Below, piece by piece: positions 1 to 10,846 of a DNA stretch of 64,000 nt. The notes beneath the pieces are model-generated. The model ran no database searches. It was not told the DNA's origin and saw only the letters and a list, made by a program, of their open reading frames with translations. The translations under genes and the position numbers were made by a program. Location of the stretch: assembly GCF_016903815.1 (NCBI RefSeq), contig NZ_CP069973.1. One strand, written 5' to 3'. The first letter of the stretch is position 1. Each line of letters begins with the position of its first letter. This DNA is from Escherichia coli. GTDB taxonomy: Bacteria; Pseudomonadota; Gammaproteobacteria; Enterobacterales; Enterobacteriaceae.

Positions 1-74
1 AGAAATCATCAAATAAGCCATGTTAAATTTTAAATATGACGAATGCAAGTTTCCGGATATATACGGTGTAAAGA

Positions 75-1106
75 GTGATGATAATTTCTAAAAAACAGCT
101 TATTGGGGTGGTAGCGATCGGTATTATTTTGGCTGGCGTTGCCTTTTTTATCTGGTGGGTAAGCAAAGGAAGATTTATACAGACGACGGATGATGCTTAC
201 ATTGGTGGTAATATCACCACGGTGGCAAGTAAAGTTTCTGGTTATATTTCTGCTATAGAGGTGCGCGATAATCAGAGCGTAAAAAAAGGCGATATTATCC
301 TGCGTCTCGATGATCGGGATTATCGTGCAAATGTCGCCAGGCTTGAGGCAAAAATAAAAAGTAGCAAAGCCAATCTCGAAAGCATTCAAGCCACTATTAC
401 GATGCAGCAGTCGATAATTCAAAGTGCCAGTGAAACATGGCAGGCAGTAAAACATGAGGAGCAAAAGCGCCTGCGAGATACTGAACGTTATGAAAAACTC
501 GCACAATCAGCGGCAATATCGCAACAAGTTATTGATAACGCAAGGTTTGACTACCAGCAGGTCACAGCAAAGGAGCGCAAAGCCGCGAACGATTTCATGG
601 TGGAGAAGCAACGGCTGGCAGTTTTATCTGCTCAGGAAGAAAACGTACGTGCAAGTATCGAAGAAGTTCAGGCCGCTTTGACTCAGGCACTACTGGATCT
701 GGAATATACCCTTGTTCGTGCGCCGATTGATGGCATTGTCGCAAACCGCAGCGCCCATACAGGCAGTTGGGTGGAAGGCGGCACATCGTTAGTTTCACTA
801 GTACCAGTCAGTGAGTTGTGGGTTGATGCAAATTATAAAGAAAACCAAATAGCGGGAATGAAGCCAGGAATGAAGGCTGAGATCCGTGCTGATATTCTCA
901 AAGGGGAAGTGTTTCACGGTCACATTGAAAGCCTTTCCCCAGCGACAGGAGCCAGTTTCAGCTTGATTCCGATAGAAAATGCCACTGGCAATTTCACCAA
1001 AATTGTTCAGCGTGTCCCGGTACGGATTGCATTTGACGACGCAAAGGAATTAAAGCAACTTCTTCGCCCGGGGCTGTCCGTCACCGTCAGTGTTGATGAG
1101 AGATGA
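75..1106 (+). CDS. HlyD/EmrA-family membrane-fusion (periplasmic adaptor) protein of an efflux pump
   Basis: 343-aa ORF with an N-terminal TM helix (IGVVAIGIILAGVAFFIWWV), a long coiled-coil middle and a C-terminal beta domain, as in EmrA-type adaptors. It overlaps the downstream permease by 4 nt (ATGA). Start is ambiguous between GTG75 and ATG78. Confidence 0.8.
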   Translation: MMIISKKQLIGVVAIGIILAGVAFFIWWVSKGRFIQTTDDAYIGGNITTVASKVSGYISAIEVRDNQSVKKGDIILRLDDRDYRANVARLEAKIKSSKANLESIQATITMQQSIIQSASETWQAVKHEEQKRLRDTERYEKLAQSAAISQQVIDNARFDYQQVTAKERKAANDFMVEKQRLAVLSAQEENVRASIEEVQAALTQALLDLEYTLVRAPIDGIVANRSAHTGSWVEGGTSLVSLVPVSELWVDANYKENQIAGMKPGMKAEIRADILKGEVFHGHIESLSPATGASFSLIPIENATGNFTKIVQRVPVRIAFDDAKELKQLLRPGLSVTVSVDER

Positions 1107-2617
1107 TGTCTATGCGTAAACATATTGCTTTCGCCAGTATGTGTATGGGATTATTTATTGCTCAGCTTGATATTCAAATTGTATCGTCATCCCTAAATGA
1201 AATAGGTGGTGGTCTGTCCGCAGGTAAAGACGAAATGGCCTGGCTTCAGACCAGCTATTTAATTGCTGAGATTATTGTTATTCCGCTCTCTGGGTGGCTG
1301 TCACGGGTATTTTCCACTCGTTGGCTTTTTACTCTATCCGCGGGAATATTTACTTTAATGAGTATCGCGTGTGGACTTGCATGGAATATTCAGATCATGA
1401 TTTTGTTTCGTGCTTTACAGGGAGCGGCTGGCGCATCCATGATCCCTTTAGTTTTCACGACGGCGTTTATTTATTACCAGGGTAAAGAGTTGGGGTTGGC
1501 TGCTGCGGTAGTCAGTGCGCTGGCCTCACTGTCACCGACGCTAGGGCCAACTCTGGGGGGCTGGATCACTGATAACCTCGACTGGCGATGGCTATTTTAT
1601 ATCAATATATTACCTGGCATATATTTAGTTTTGAGTATTCCTTTTCTGGTTAATTTTGATAAACCTGATCTCTCTTTACTGAAAGTTGCTGATTATCCGA
1701 GTATTATCCTGTTGGCCATGACACTGGGATGTCTGGAATATACCCTTGAAGAAGGAGCGCGCTGGGGATGGCTGGATGATAATACTATTTTGCTGACATC
1801 AGTTCTGGCATTGGTGAGTTTTATTTTATTTGCTGCGCGTACACTTACAATATCCAATCCGATAATGGATCTTCATGCTTTTAAGGATAAAAATTTCACG
1901 CTGGGATGTTTTTTTTCTTTTTCTGGAGGGGTTGGGATATTCTCTACTGTATATTTAATACCTATGTTTTTGGGGCAGGTTCGCGGATTAAATGCCGAAG
2001 AGATAGGTTTTGCCGTTTGCACAACAGGTATTTTCCAGTTATTTTCTGTTCCCTTTTACTTCTGGTTAAGTAAAAAAATAAATCTGCGATGGCTGTTGAT
2101 GGCGGGGCTGGGTGGGTTTGTGTTTTCAATGTATCTTTTTACCCCTATAACCCACGAATGGGGATGGCAGGAGTTACTGTTTCCACAGGCAATTAGAGGG
2201 ATTTCGCAGCAGTTTGCGATGGCCCCCATCGTAACATTAACGCTGGGGGGAACTCCAAAAGAACGGCTGAAGTTAGCCTCTGGTGTATTTAATTTAACAC
2301 GTAATCTTGGGGGCGCGATTGGTATTGCCCTGTGTGGCTCTATTCTCAATAATCGAACTAATTTTCATTTTTCGAGAATGGGTGAAAAAATGGTTTCTGT
2401 TCCCCATACGGTGAATGACTTCATTTCCAGAAGTGCTTTGTTTTTTAATCGCAGTGGAAGTGACCAGACATCGGAAATACTAGCTTCAACCAAATTATTG
2501 AGTCAATTGATGCTGAGGGAGGCGCAAACTATGGCATTTTCGGATACCTTTCTGCTAATCAGTGGTCTGTTATTTATCGCATTTTTGTTGGTTCCTGCTA
2601 TGAATAAATCATCCTGA
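1103..2617 (+). CDS. MFS drug:H+ antiporter, DHA2 (EmrB/QacA-like, about 14 TMS) efflux permease
   Basis: 504-aa highly hydrophobic ORF with MFS motifs (LFRALQGAAGASMIPL). It is translationally coupled to the upstream adaptor. Confidence 0.8.
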   Translation: MMSMRKHIAFASMCMGLFIAQLDIQIVSSSLNEIGGGLSAGKDEMAWLQTSYLIAEIIVIPLSGWLSRVFSTRWLFTLSAGIFTLMSIACGLAWNIQIMILFRALQGAAGASMIPLVFTTAFIYYQGKELGLAAAVVSALASLSPTLGPTLGGWITDNLDWRWLFYINILPGIYLVLSIPFLVNFDKPDLSLLKVADYPSIILLAMTLGCLEYTLEEGARWGWLDDNTILLTSVLALVSFILFAARTLTISNPIMDLHAFKDKNFTLGCFFSFSGGVGIFSTVYLIPMFLGQVRGLNAEEIGFAVCTTGIFQLFSVPFYFWLSKKINLRWLLMAGLGGFVFSMYLFTPITHEWGWQELLFPQAIRGISQQFAMAPIVTLTLGGTPKERLKLASGVFNLTRNLGGAIGIALCGSILNNRTNFHFSRMGEKMVSVPHTVNDFISRSALFFNRSGSDQTSEILASTKLLSQLMLREAQTMAFSDTFLLISGLLFIAFLLVPAMNKSS

Positions 2618-2811
2618 TCGGAGCCTGTGCTGAATTAAACTCGGGCTAAACTGTTCGATACTGCTAACAGGCTAGTATAAAATGCCCCGCCTGCGCAGAT
2701 ACTCACAGGTATGAAGTAGAGTATTGTTTCAATCTGTGAAGGGAACGATGCAGTAAGTATGAACAATTAACCCGTCTGAATCACGACGTGTGAAGCTGCA
2801 TAGGAGGTTAC

Positions 2812-3375
2812 ATGAACCTTGACGACAAATCGCTGTTTCTTGACGCCATGGAAGATGTCCAGCCGCTGAAACGTGCTACAGATGTCCACTGGCATCCAAC
2901 GCGTAACCAACGTGCGCCGCAGCGTATCGACACGCTGCAACTTGATAATTTCCTCACCACCGGATTTCTCGACATCATCCCGCTAAGTCAGCCGTTGGAG
3001 TTTCGGCGGGAAGGGTTGCAACATGGGGTGCTGGATAAGCTGCGCAGTGGTAAATATCCGCAACAGGCGAGCCTGAATCTTTTGCGCCAGCCGGTGGAAG
3101 AGTGCCGCAAAATGGTGTTCAGTTTCATTCAACAAGCCCTGGCGGATGGTTTGCGTAATGTGCTGATTATTCATGGTAAAGGGCGGGAAGATAAATCGCA
3201 TGCCAATATTGTCCGCAGCTATGTGGCGCGCTGGTTGACCGAATTTGATGATGTCCAGGCATATTGTACCGCGCTACCGCATCATGGCGGCAGCGGGGCG
3301 TGTTACGTCGCACTACGTAAAACGGCACAGGCAAAGCAAGAAAACTGGGAGCGCCACGCTAAGCGCAGTCGTTGA
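2812..3375 (+). CDS. smrA: Smr-domain DNA endonuclease SmrA (YdaL)
   Basis: 187-aa ORF matching my recollection of E. coli YdaL (MNLDDKSLFLDAMEDVQPLK..., C-terminal Smr domain LIIHGKG). SD GGAGG lies 6 nt upstream. Synteny with dgcM and zntB. Confidence 0.9.
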   Translation: MNLDDKSLFLDAMEDVQPLKRATDVHWHPTRNQRAPQRIDTLQLDNFLTTGFLDIIPLSQPLEFRREGLQHGVLDKLRSGKYPQQASLNLLRQPVEECRKMVFSFIQQALADGLRNVLIIHGKGREDKSHANIVRSYVARWLTEFDDVQAYCTALPHHGGSGACYVALRKTAQAKQENWERHAKRSR

Positions 3376-4328
3376 TCTCGAGACGCATCCGCGGCTTATG
3401 CCGCCAGCACGCGGTTGCGTCCATCATTTTTCGCCCGATACAAAGCATCATCAACGCGTTTAAACAGTTCATCGATGCTTTCATTTCCTTCGTGATGCGC
3501 CACACCAATGCTGACGGTAAAGCGTGGTAAGCCCGAAATACCCACTTTTGCCACGCTTACGCGGATAGTTTCAGCCAGCGAAAGCGCGGTATCCAGTGGG
3601 GTTCTTGGTAGCAATAAGACAAACTCTTCGCCTCCCCAACGAAACACCAAATCGCCTTTGCGAGCGCAACTTTCGAGAGTGCGGGCGAGGGTGCATAACA
3701 CCTCATCACCTTTAGAATGCCCATAGAGATCGTTAATGTGTTTAAAACGATCGGTGTCGATGAGCAATAAGCTGTAATCCTGAGCGATGGCGAGGTGCTG
3801 CATTTGGCCTGGCTCGGTAATGTGATAAAACTGTCGCCGATTCAGTAATCCGGTCATCGCGTCATGGTGGGCAGCATGTTCCAGCTGCTCCTCCAGCCGT
3901 TTTTGCTCAGTAATATCATGCACAATACATAACATGAGCTTGTCGCCATAAATTTCAATCGGACCGGCATAGGTCTGCACATGACGAGTCGAACCATCCG
4001 CCAGTTTATGAACAAAATTCAAAGGCTTATGGCCACCGGGTAAATGCGAAATTTCATGCATGATAGGCATGACGCGTCGCCCGAGCATATTTATTTCCCA
4101 GGTATGTTTCTGGCACATCGTTTCATGGTTATAGCCATAGAAATTGAGCGCGGCGAGGTTAGCATCGACGATTTGGCCATCTCGTGAGGGGTCAATCAAC
4201 AACATTGGTGCAGAGTTAGTCAGAAAAAAGCGCGCATAAAAACCTTGTTTTTTGCGCTGATAATTTGCCGAGCGACTGGCTTTTAAACCCAGCGTTGCCG
4301 GTGCTTCGATACCTTCGAAAATAATCAC

Positions 4329-4337
4329 CGGTTCTGC
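4329..4337. repeat. IS1 target-site duplication, left copy (CGGTTCTGC)
   Basis: An identical 9-mer directly abuts both IS1 ends (4329-4337 and 5106-5114). Confidence 0.95.
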
Positions 4338-4392
4338 GGTAATGCTGCCAACTTACTGATTTAGTGTATGATGGTGATTTTAAGGTGCTTGC

Positions 4393-4668
4393 GTGGCTTC
4401 CATTTCCATCAGATGTCCTTCCTGCTCCGCTACTGAAGGCGTGGTGCGTAACGGCAAAAGCACTGCCGGACATCAGCGCTATCTCTGCTCTCATTGCCGT
4501 AAAACATGGCAACTACAGTTCACTTACACCGCCTCTCAGCCCGGTACGCACCAGAAAATCATTGATATGGCCATGAATGGCGTCGGATGTCGCGCCAGTG
4601 CACGCATTATGGGCGTTGGCCTCAACACGGTTTTACGTCACTTAAAAAACTCAGGCCGCAGTCGGTAA
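4393..4668 (+). CDS. insA: IS1 InsA (transposition inhibitor / N-terminal part of the transposase)
   Basis: 91-aa [46 protein letters not shown]..., the canonical InsA. Confidence 0.9.
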   Translation: MASISIRCPSCSATEGVVRNGKSTAGHQRYLCSHCRKTWQLQFTYTASQPGTHQKIIDMAMNGVGCRASARIMGVGLNTVLRHLKNSGRSR

Positions 4669-5090
4669 CCTCGCGCATACAACCGGGCAGTGATGTGATT
4701 GTCTGCGCTGAAATGGACGAACAGTGGGGCTACGTCGGTGCTAAATCACGTCAGCGCTGGCTGTTTTACGCGTATGACAGGATACGGAGGACGGTTGTGG
4801 CGCACGTCTTCGGTGAACGCACTCTGGCCACACTGGAGCGTCTTCTGAGCCTGCTGTCGGCCTTTGAGGTCGTGGTATGGATGACGGATGGCTGGCCGCT
4901 GTATGAATCACGCCTGAAGGGAAAGCTGCACGTTATCAGCAAGCGTTACACTCAGCGCATTGAGCGACATAATCTGAATCTGAGACAACATCTGGCAAGG
5001 CTGGGACGGAAGTCACTGTCGTTCTCAAAATCGGTGGAGCTGCATGACAAGGTCATCGGGCATTATCTGAACATAAAACACTATCAGTAA
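4587..5090 (+). CDS. insB: IS1 insB' frame, expressed as InsAB' transposase by -1 frameshift
   Basis: 167-aa frame overlapping the insA end. The A6C slippery run lies at 4644-4650 (TTAAAAAAC), as in canonical IS1. Confidence 0.85.
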   Translation: MSRQCTHYGRWPQHGFTSLKKLRPQSVTSRIQPGSDVIVCAEMDEQWGYVGAKSRQRWLFYAYDRIRRTVVAHVFGERTLATLERLLSLLSAFEVVVWMTDGWPLYESRLKGKLHVISKRYTQRIERHNLNLRQHLARLGRKSLSFSKSVELHDKVIGHYLNIKHYQ

Positions 5091-5105
5091 GTTGGAGTCA
5101 TTACC

Positions 5106-5114
5106 CGGTTCTGC
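5106..5114. repeat. IS1 target-site duplication, right copy (CGGTTCTGC)
   Basis: An identical 9-mer directly abuts both IS1 ends. Confidence 0.95.
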
Positions 5115-5638
5115 TTCTGTCAGCTTTCGCAAAACAAGCCGACAGCTCAATGCTGTTTCCTCTTCATTGCGCTGAACGGTGAGGATTTCGATAATATCGT
5201 GTTGGTTTTGCAGATCGGAGAGGTATTTCGGCAGTTCTTTTTGTGAGGAGACGGAATAGGGACCGGTTCGTAGCTGACTAAACGTGAGGTCTTGCATCAA
5301 CAGTCGCGCCGCGCTGTTGGCATAAATTAACTGTTCCTCAAAGGGCGAAACGATCCAGACAGGACTGGTGAGTAAGTCCAGGGTATTGAAGTTGTGCGTA
5401 ATCATTGAGATCCCGTTATTTTTATCAATTTTTGTTGCTATCCGATCGCAAAAAAGCCACGTCATATGATCAGATAATTCTGATAATGATAGACGCTATT
5501 TAACACTTCACACGGTTTGTATATGGAAAAGCATTTTGCTTTTTGTATTCAATTTAGACAGAATTTTATTAATCATTTCAGGGTAATGGGGTGATGAGAT
5601 GTTGCGTAACAGGGCCAGAAGGCTAGACTACAAAATAA

Positions 5639-6643
<1,005 letters not shown>

Positions 6644-6688
6644 CAAAAGCAATTTTTCCGGCTATCTGTATACAAAAACGCCGCAAAG

Positions 6689-6702
6689 TTTGAGCGAAGT
6701 CA
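6689..6702 (+). promoter_or_regulatory. FNR-box-like palindrome upstream of fnrS (TTGAGcgaaGTCAA)
   Basis: Matches the TTGAT-N4-ATCAA consensus at 8/10 positions. It is centred about 43 bp upstream of the inferred FnrS 5' end. Confidence 0.6.
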
Positions 6703-6738
6703 ATAAACTCTCTACCCATTCAGGGCAATATCTCTCTT

Positions 6739-6860
6739 GCAGGTGAATGCAACGTCAAGCGATGGGCGTTGCGCTCCATATTGTCTTACTTCCTTTTTTG
6801 AATTACTGCATAGCACAATTGATTCGTACGACGCCGACTTTGATGAGTCGGCTTTTTTTT
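6739..6860 (+). ncRNA. fnrS: FnrS small regulatory RNA
   Basis: 122 nt matching my recollection of FnrS (GCAGGTGAATGCAACGTCAAGCGATGGGCG...). It ends in the hairpin GCCGACT-ttgatg-AGTCGGC plus T8 and sits in the zntB-dbpA intergenic region, as in K-12. Confidence 0.85.
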
Positions 6861-6917
6861 GCCTGTTATTTATCAGCGTCTACCCTTTAAGAGTCCACCC
6901 AATGACCGGAGGGAAAT

Positions 6918-7091
6918 ATGACGACACTTATTTATTTGCAAATTCCTGTCCCTGAACCGATTCCTGGCGATCCTGTTCCAGTGCCCGATCCGATCCCTCG
7001 CCCGCAACCCATGCCTGACCCACCACCCGATGAAGAACCGATTAAATTGTCGCATCGTGAGCGTAGATCTGCGAGGATACGCGCCTGCTAA
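6918..7091 (+). CDS. possible proline-rich small protein (57 aa)
   Basis: ATG preceded by GGAGGG at a 5-nt spacing. Product is MTTLIYLQIPVPEPIPGDPVPVPDPIPRPQPMPDPPPDEEPIKLSHRERRSARIRAC. It is below the size cutoff of the ORF track. Confidence 0.4.
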   Translation: MTTLIYLQIPVPEPIPGDPVPVPDPIPRPQPMPDPPPDEEPIKLSHRERRSARIRAC

Positions 7092-7120
7092 CTTTGCGTC
7101 GATGACCACGAGAATAGATT

Positions 7121-8494
7121 GTGACCGCTTTTTCTACCCTGAATGTTTTGCCTCCCGCCCAACTCACGAACCTTAATGAGTTGGGTTATTTAACCATGAC
7201 GCCGGTGCAGGCCGCCGCGCTTCCGGCGATCCTTGCCGGAAAAGATGTTCGCGTGCAGGCGAAAACCGGCAGCGGCAAAACGGCGGCTTTTGGCCTCGGC
7301 TTGTTACAGCAAATTGATGCGTCGCTATTTCAAACCCAGGCTTTAGTGCTGTGTCCTACGCGTGAACTGGCGGATCAGGTGGCAGGTGAATTGCGTCGGC
7401 TGGCGCGTTTTCTACCAAATACCAAAATTTTGACGTTGTGCGGTGGTCAACCGTTCGGTATGCAGCGTGATTCGTTGCAACATGCGCCGCATATTATCGT
7501 GGCAACGCCGGGCCGTTTGTTGGATCATCTGCAAAAAGGCACGGTATCACTGGATGCGTTGAATACGCTGGTGATGGATGAGGCCGACCGCATGCTGGAT
7601 ATGGGATTTAGCGACGCCATTGATGATGTCATCCGTTTTGCGCCAGCATCTCGACAGACGCTTCTGTTTTCGGCAACCTGGCCGGAAGCCATCGCCGCAA
7701 TCAGCGGACGAGTGCAACGCGATCCTTTAGCGATTGAAATTGACTCAACAGATGCTCTGCCACCTATTGAACAACAATTTTATGAGACATCCAGCAAAGG
7801 CAAAATTCCGTTGTTGCAACGGTTATTAAGTTTACATCAGCCATCCTCTTGCGTGGTGTTTTGCAATACCAAAAAAGATTGCCAGGCTGTCTGCGACGCG
7901 CTGAATGAAGTAGGGCAAAGTGCATTGTCGTTACACGGCGATCTGGAGCAACGTGATCGCGATCAGACCCTGGTACGTTTTGCTAACGGTAGCGCCCGTG
8001 TACTGGTTGCGACTGATGTTGCTGCGCGAGGTCTGGATATTAAATCGCTTGAGCTGGTGGTGAACTTTGAGCTGGCGTGGGATCCTGAAGTTCATGTACA
8101 TCGCATCGGTCGTACAGCGCGTGCAGGAAATAGCGGTCTGGCGATCAGTTTCTGTGCCCCGGAAGAAGCACAGCGGGCCAATATCATTTCTGACATGTTG
8201 CAGATAAAACTTAACTGGCAAACGCCGCCAGTTAATAGTTCCATTGTGCCGCTGGAAGCCGAAATGGCAACGTTATGTATCGATGGCGGGAAAAAAGCCA
8301 AAATGCGCCCGGGTGATGTATTAGGTGCGCTGACAGGAGATATCGGGCTTGATGGCGCAGATATTGGCAAAATCGCCGTGCATCCGGCGCATGTCTATGT
8401 CGCGGTGCGTCAGGCTGTTGCTCATAAAGCATGGAAACAGTTACAGGGCGGGAAGATTAAAGGAAAAACGTGCCGGGTGCGGTTATTAAAATAA
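7121..8494 (+). CDS. dbpA: ATP-dependent RNA helicase DbpA (DEAD box, 23S rRNA specific)
   Basis: 457-aa ORF with a GTG start and the motifs AKTGSGKT, DEAD, SAT and HRIGRTAR, plus the C-terminal RNA-binding domain. Confidence 0.95.
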   Translation: MTAFSTLNVLPPAQLTNLNELGYLTMTPVQAAALPAILAGKDVRVQAKTGSGKTAAFGLGLLQQIDASLFQTQALVLCPTRELADQVAGELRRLARFLPNTKILTLCGGQPFGMQRDSLQHAPHIIVATPGRLLDHLQKGTVSLDALNTLVMDEADRMLDMGFSDAIDDVIRFAPASRQTLLFSATWPEAIAAISGRVQRDPLAIEIDSTDALPPIEQQFYETSSKGKIPLLQRLLSLHQPSSCVVFCNTKKDCQAVCDALNEVGQSALSLHGDLEQRDRDQTLVRFANGSARVLVATDVAARGLDIKSLELVVNFELAWDPEVHVHRIGRTARAGNSGLAISFCAPEEAQRANIISDMLQIKLNWQTPPVNSSIVPLEAEMATLCIDGGKKAKMRPGDVLGALTGDIGLDGADIGKIAVHPAHVYVAVRQAVAHKAWKQLQGGKIKGKTCRVRLLK

Positions 8495-8534
8495 TGAAAT
8501 GTTGAATCGCAGGGTGCAAGAGTAAACATCTTAT

Positions 8535-8612
8535 TCGGGATTGCCGGATGCGACGCTGGCCGCGTCTTATCCGGCCTCCATAAGAGTAGCCCGATAAGCT
8601 TGCGCATCGGGC
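8535..8612. repeat. REP (repetitive extragenic palindrome) cluster / convergent terminator region
   Basis: GCCGGATGCGACGCTGGCCGCGTCTTATCCGGCCT, followed by the hairpin GCCCGAT-aagcttgcgc-ATCGGGC. It lies between the convergent dbpA and ttcA. Confidence 0.6.
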
Positions 8613-8622
8613 GCTATCCGGG

Positions 8623-9558
8623 TTATTTCACTTCAACCACATTCAGTCGTAACTCATCCAACTGATTTTCATCTTCTTCAGGCTGCCAACCCGCCGGTTG
8701 TAGAGGGAGCTCTTCGCGATCAAACGCCAGATCACCCCCGTTAACCACTTCAGAACCGTGGGTAATGCCTTTGAAATCGAACAGGTTGGTATCGCACAGA
8801 TGCGACGGCACCACATTCTGCATCGCGCTGAACATCGTCTCGATACGCCCTGGATAACGTTTATCCCAGTCACGCAACATGTCAGCAATCACCTGACGTT
8901 GCAGGTTAGGCTGTGAACCGCACAGATTGCACGGAATAATCGGGAATGCTTTTGCATCGGCAAAGCGCTGAATATCTTTCTCGCGGCAGTAGGCCAGCGG
9001 ACGAATCACAATATGTTTGCCATCATCGCTCATCAGTTTCGGAGGCATACCTTTCATCTTGCCGCCGTAGAACATATTTAAGAACAACGTTTGCAGGATA
9101 TCGTCACGATGGTGACCCAGCGCGATCTTCGTCGCTCCCAGTTCCGTTGCGGTACGGTAAAGAATTCCGCGACGAAGACGAGAACACAGTGAGCAAGTGG
9201 TTTTGCCCTCCGGAATCTTCTCTTTCACGATACCGTAAGTGTTCTCTTCCACAATCTTGTACTCAACGCCCAGCTTTTCAAGATACTCGGGCAGAACGTG
9301 TTCCGGGAAGCCCGGTTGTTTTTGATCGAGGTTGACAGCCACCAGCGAAAAATTGATTGGCGCGCTTTGCTGCAAATTGCGCAGAATTTCCAGCATGGTA
9401 TAGCTGTCTTTACCCCCGGAGAGGCAAACCATGATGCGATCGCCTTCTTCAATCATATTGAAGTCAGCAATGGCTTCGCCCACGTTACGACGCAGACGTT
9501 TTTGTAATTTGTTCAGGTTGTATTGTTCTTTCTTTGTAATTTGTTGATTTTCTTGCAT
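8623..9558 (-). CDS. ttcA: tRNA 2-thiocytidine(32) synthetase TtcA
   Basis: 311-aa ORF ([33 protein letters not shown]...) with the PP-loop SGGKDS and CxxC motifs. Confidence 0.95.
   Translation of the reverse strand: MQENQQITKKEQYNLNKLQKRLRRNVGEAIADFNMIEEGDRIMVCLSGGKDSYTMLEILRNLQQSAPINFSLVAVNLDQKQPGFPEHVLPEYLEKLGVEYKIVEENTYGIVKEKIPEGKTTCSLCSRLRRGILYRTATELGATKIALGHHRDDILQTLFLNMFYGGKMKGMPPKLMSDDGKHIVIRPLAYCREKDIQRFADAKAFPIIPCNLCGSQPNLQRQVIADMLRDWDKRYPGRIETMFSAMQNVVPSHLCDTNLFDFKGITHGSEVVNGGDLAFDREELPLQPAGWQPEEDENQLDELRLNVVEVK
9509..9534. other. candidate Rac attL core (TTGTTCAGGTTGTATTGTTCTTTCTT) inside the 5' end of ttcA
   Basis: Matches the 26-bp Rac att core as I recall it from the literature. 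It lies about 75 bp from the 3' end of intR. No second copy was found by eye in this window. Confidence 0.45.
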
Positions 9559-9609
9559 TATTTCAGTTCTCTGGTACTAAATGGGGCAAATTGGGGGCAA
9601 ACTTTGCAA

Positions 9610-10845
9610 CTATGATAACCGCGCATTCAACATGGCTACCTGTTCGTCGTTCATGTCATCAATCCACATACCGTAAATTTCATACACCATCTGCGCAGTT
9701 TCATGCCCCATTTGGCTGGCTATAAATGCCGGGTTCGCTCCTGCCGTCAACAGCCAGCAGGCAAAAGTATGCCGCGTATGGTACGGATTACGGCGGCGAA
9801 TACCAGCACGTTTTACTGCTGCATTCCACCTTGCCCCCAAACTGCTTACCGAGTAATAAGGTTTTTGTTTTCCGTTACACACCCTGGGCATGAAAACAAA
9901 ATGCAGTTTTTGCTTTTCGGTTCTGCCGTACTCCCGATGATAAAAGGTGATTTCGCTTTTGCGATGATGCCCGGTCAGTTTGTATTGCTCCTTCAGTGCT
10001 TCAAGAGCAGGCTGCAGTAGTGTTACCGTCCGGATCCCCGCATTTGTTTTTGGGGGACCGAACATATCCAGTATCGTCAGGTTTCTTCTGACATTCACAA
10101 CTCCCTTCTCGAAATCCACATCCTCCCACGCCAGAGCAGCCAGTTCCCCGTGACGAAGCCCGGAGTATACGGCAAATTTCCACAAGTTCTGGCTCTGTCC
10201 TTTTTCACTTTCCATTAATGCATTGAATTCTGTTTTAGATAACGGGTCAGGCTTTATTCTGTTTCTCTGTAATTTCTTTACTCCTTCAAATGGTTTGGTT
10301 GATATAAATCCCGACTGATACGCAAAACGTAACAACGAACAGAGCAGGGCGATATAGTTATCAACTGTGCGCACGGTTCTTCCTTTTTTGTTGGATCTTG
10401 GATTATCCAGGTAAAGCGTTTCTCCATGCAGCAGTTCATTCCGGTAGTTTAAGATATCGCTATAACGAATATGCGATATCGGAGTACTCTCACAAATTAT
10501 TATCCTGAGTGTTTTTAATTGTGATTTCGTTTTCTTCATTGTGTTTGTTGTTAACTCTGTTTCTTTAATTTTTGTCCAGATATCACAAAGCTCCCCGAAC
10601 GTTTTTATGACCCTCGTTGTCACCATTTTTGCCCCAGTGCTGGACTGGGGAAAACGTCTTAAATACTCAAACTCACCGGAATTGATTTCATGAACTATCA
10701 ACGCTCTTAAATTCCCGGCTTTTTTAATGTTACTGTTAGTAACCTCCCAGCCTTTCAATGTTTCCCGACATCGTTTTCCTCGAAACATGAACCAGATGCG
10801 AATGTATTTACCTCGAATCTCGACACCTGTTGGTAATTTAGACAT
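9610..10845 (-). CDS. intR: tyrosine integrase IntR
   Basis: 411-aa ORF with the tyrosine-recombinase C-terminal catalytic region (HTRHTFACWLL...GHETAQMVYEIY), adjacent to ttcA. Confidence 0.9.
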   Translation of the reverse strand: MSKLPTGVEIRGKYIRIWFMFRGKRCRETLKGWEVTNSNIKKAGNLRALIVHEINSGEFEYLRRFPQSSTGAKMVTTRVIKTFGELCDIWTKIKETELTTNTMKKTKSQLKTLRIIICESTPISHIRYSDILNYRNELLHGETLYLDNPRSNKKGRTVRTVDNYIALLCSLLRFAYQSGFISTKPFEGVKKLQRNRIKPDPLSKTEFNALMESEKGQSQNLWKFAVYSGLRHGELAALAWEDVDFEKGVVNVRRNLTILDMFGPPKTNAGIRTVTLLQPALEALKEQYKLTGHHRKSEITFYHREYGRTEKQKLHFVFMPRVCNGKQKPYYSVSSLGARWNAAVKRAGIRRRNPYHTRHTFACWLLTAGANPAFIASQMGHETAQMVYEIYGMWIDDMNDEQVAMLNARLS

Positions 10846-10846
10846 A

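Larger units (their letters stand above)
4338..5105 (+). mobile_element. IS1 insertion sequence, complete 768 bp
   Basis: Terminal inverted repeats GGTAATGCTGCCAACTTACTGAT (4338-) and ...GTTGGAGTCATTACC (-5105). insA and insB reading frames are present, and it is flanked by a 9-bp direct duplication. Confidence 0.95.
3396..5405 (-). pseudogene. dgcM: diguanylate cyclase DgcM (YdaM) interrupted by IS1
   Basis: The N-terminal 100 codons (5106..5405, MITHNFNTLDLL...LTEAEP) and the C-terminal PAS-GGDEF part (3396..4337, VIIFEGIEAP...GGEEF...) are colinear with the 410-aa K-12 protein. They are separated by the 768-bp IS1, and the N fragment reads through into IS1 sequence. Confidence 0.9.

Noticed and set aside
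30-506. 158-aa minus-strand ORF at the window start
   Set aside because: It is antisense to the HlyD-family adaptor gene, which has clear family features.
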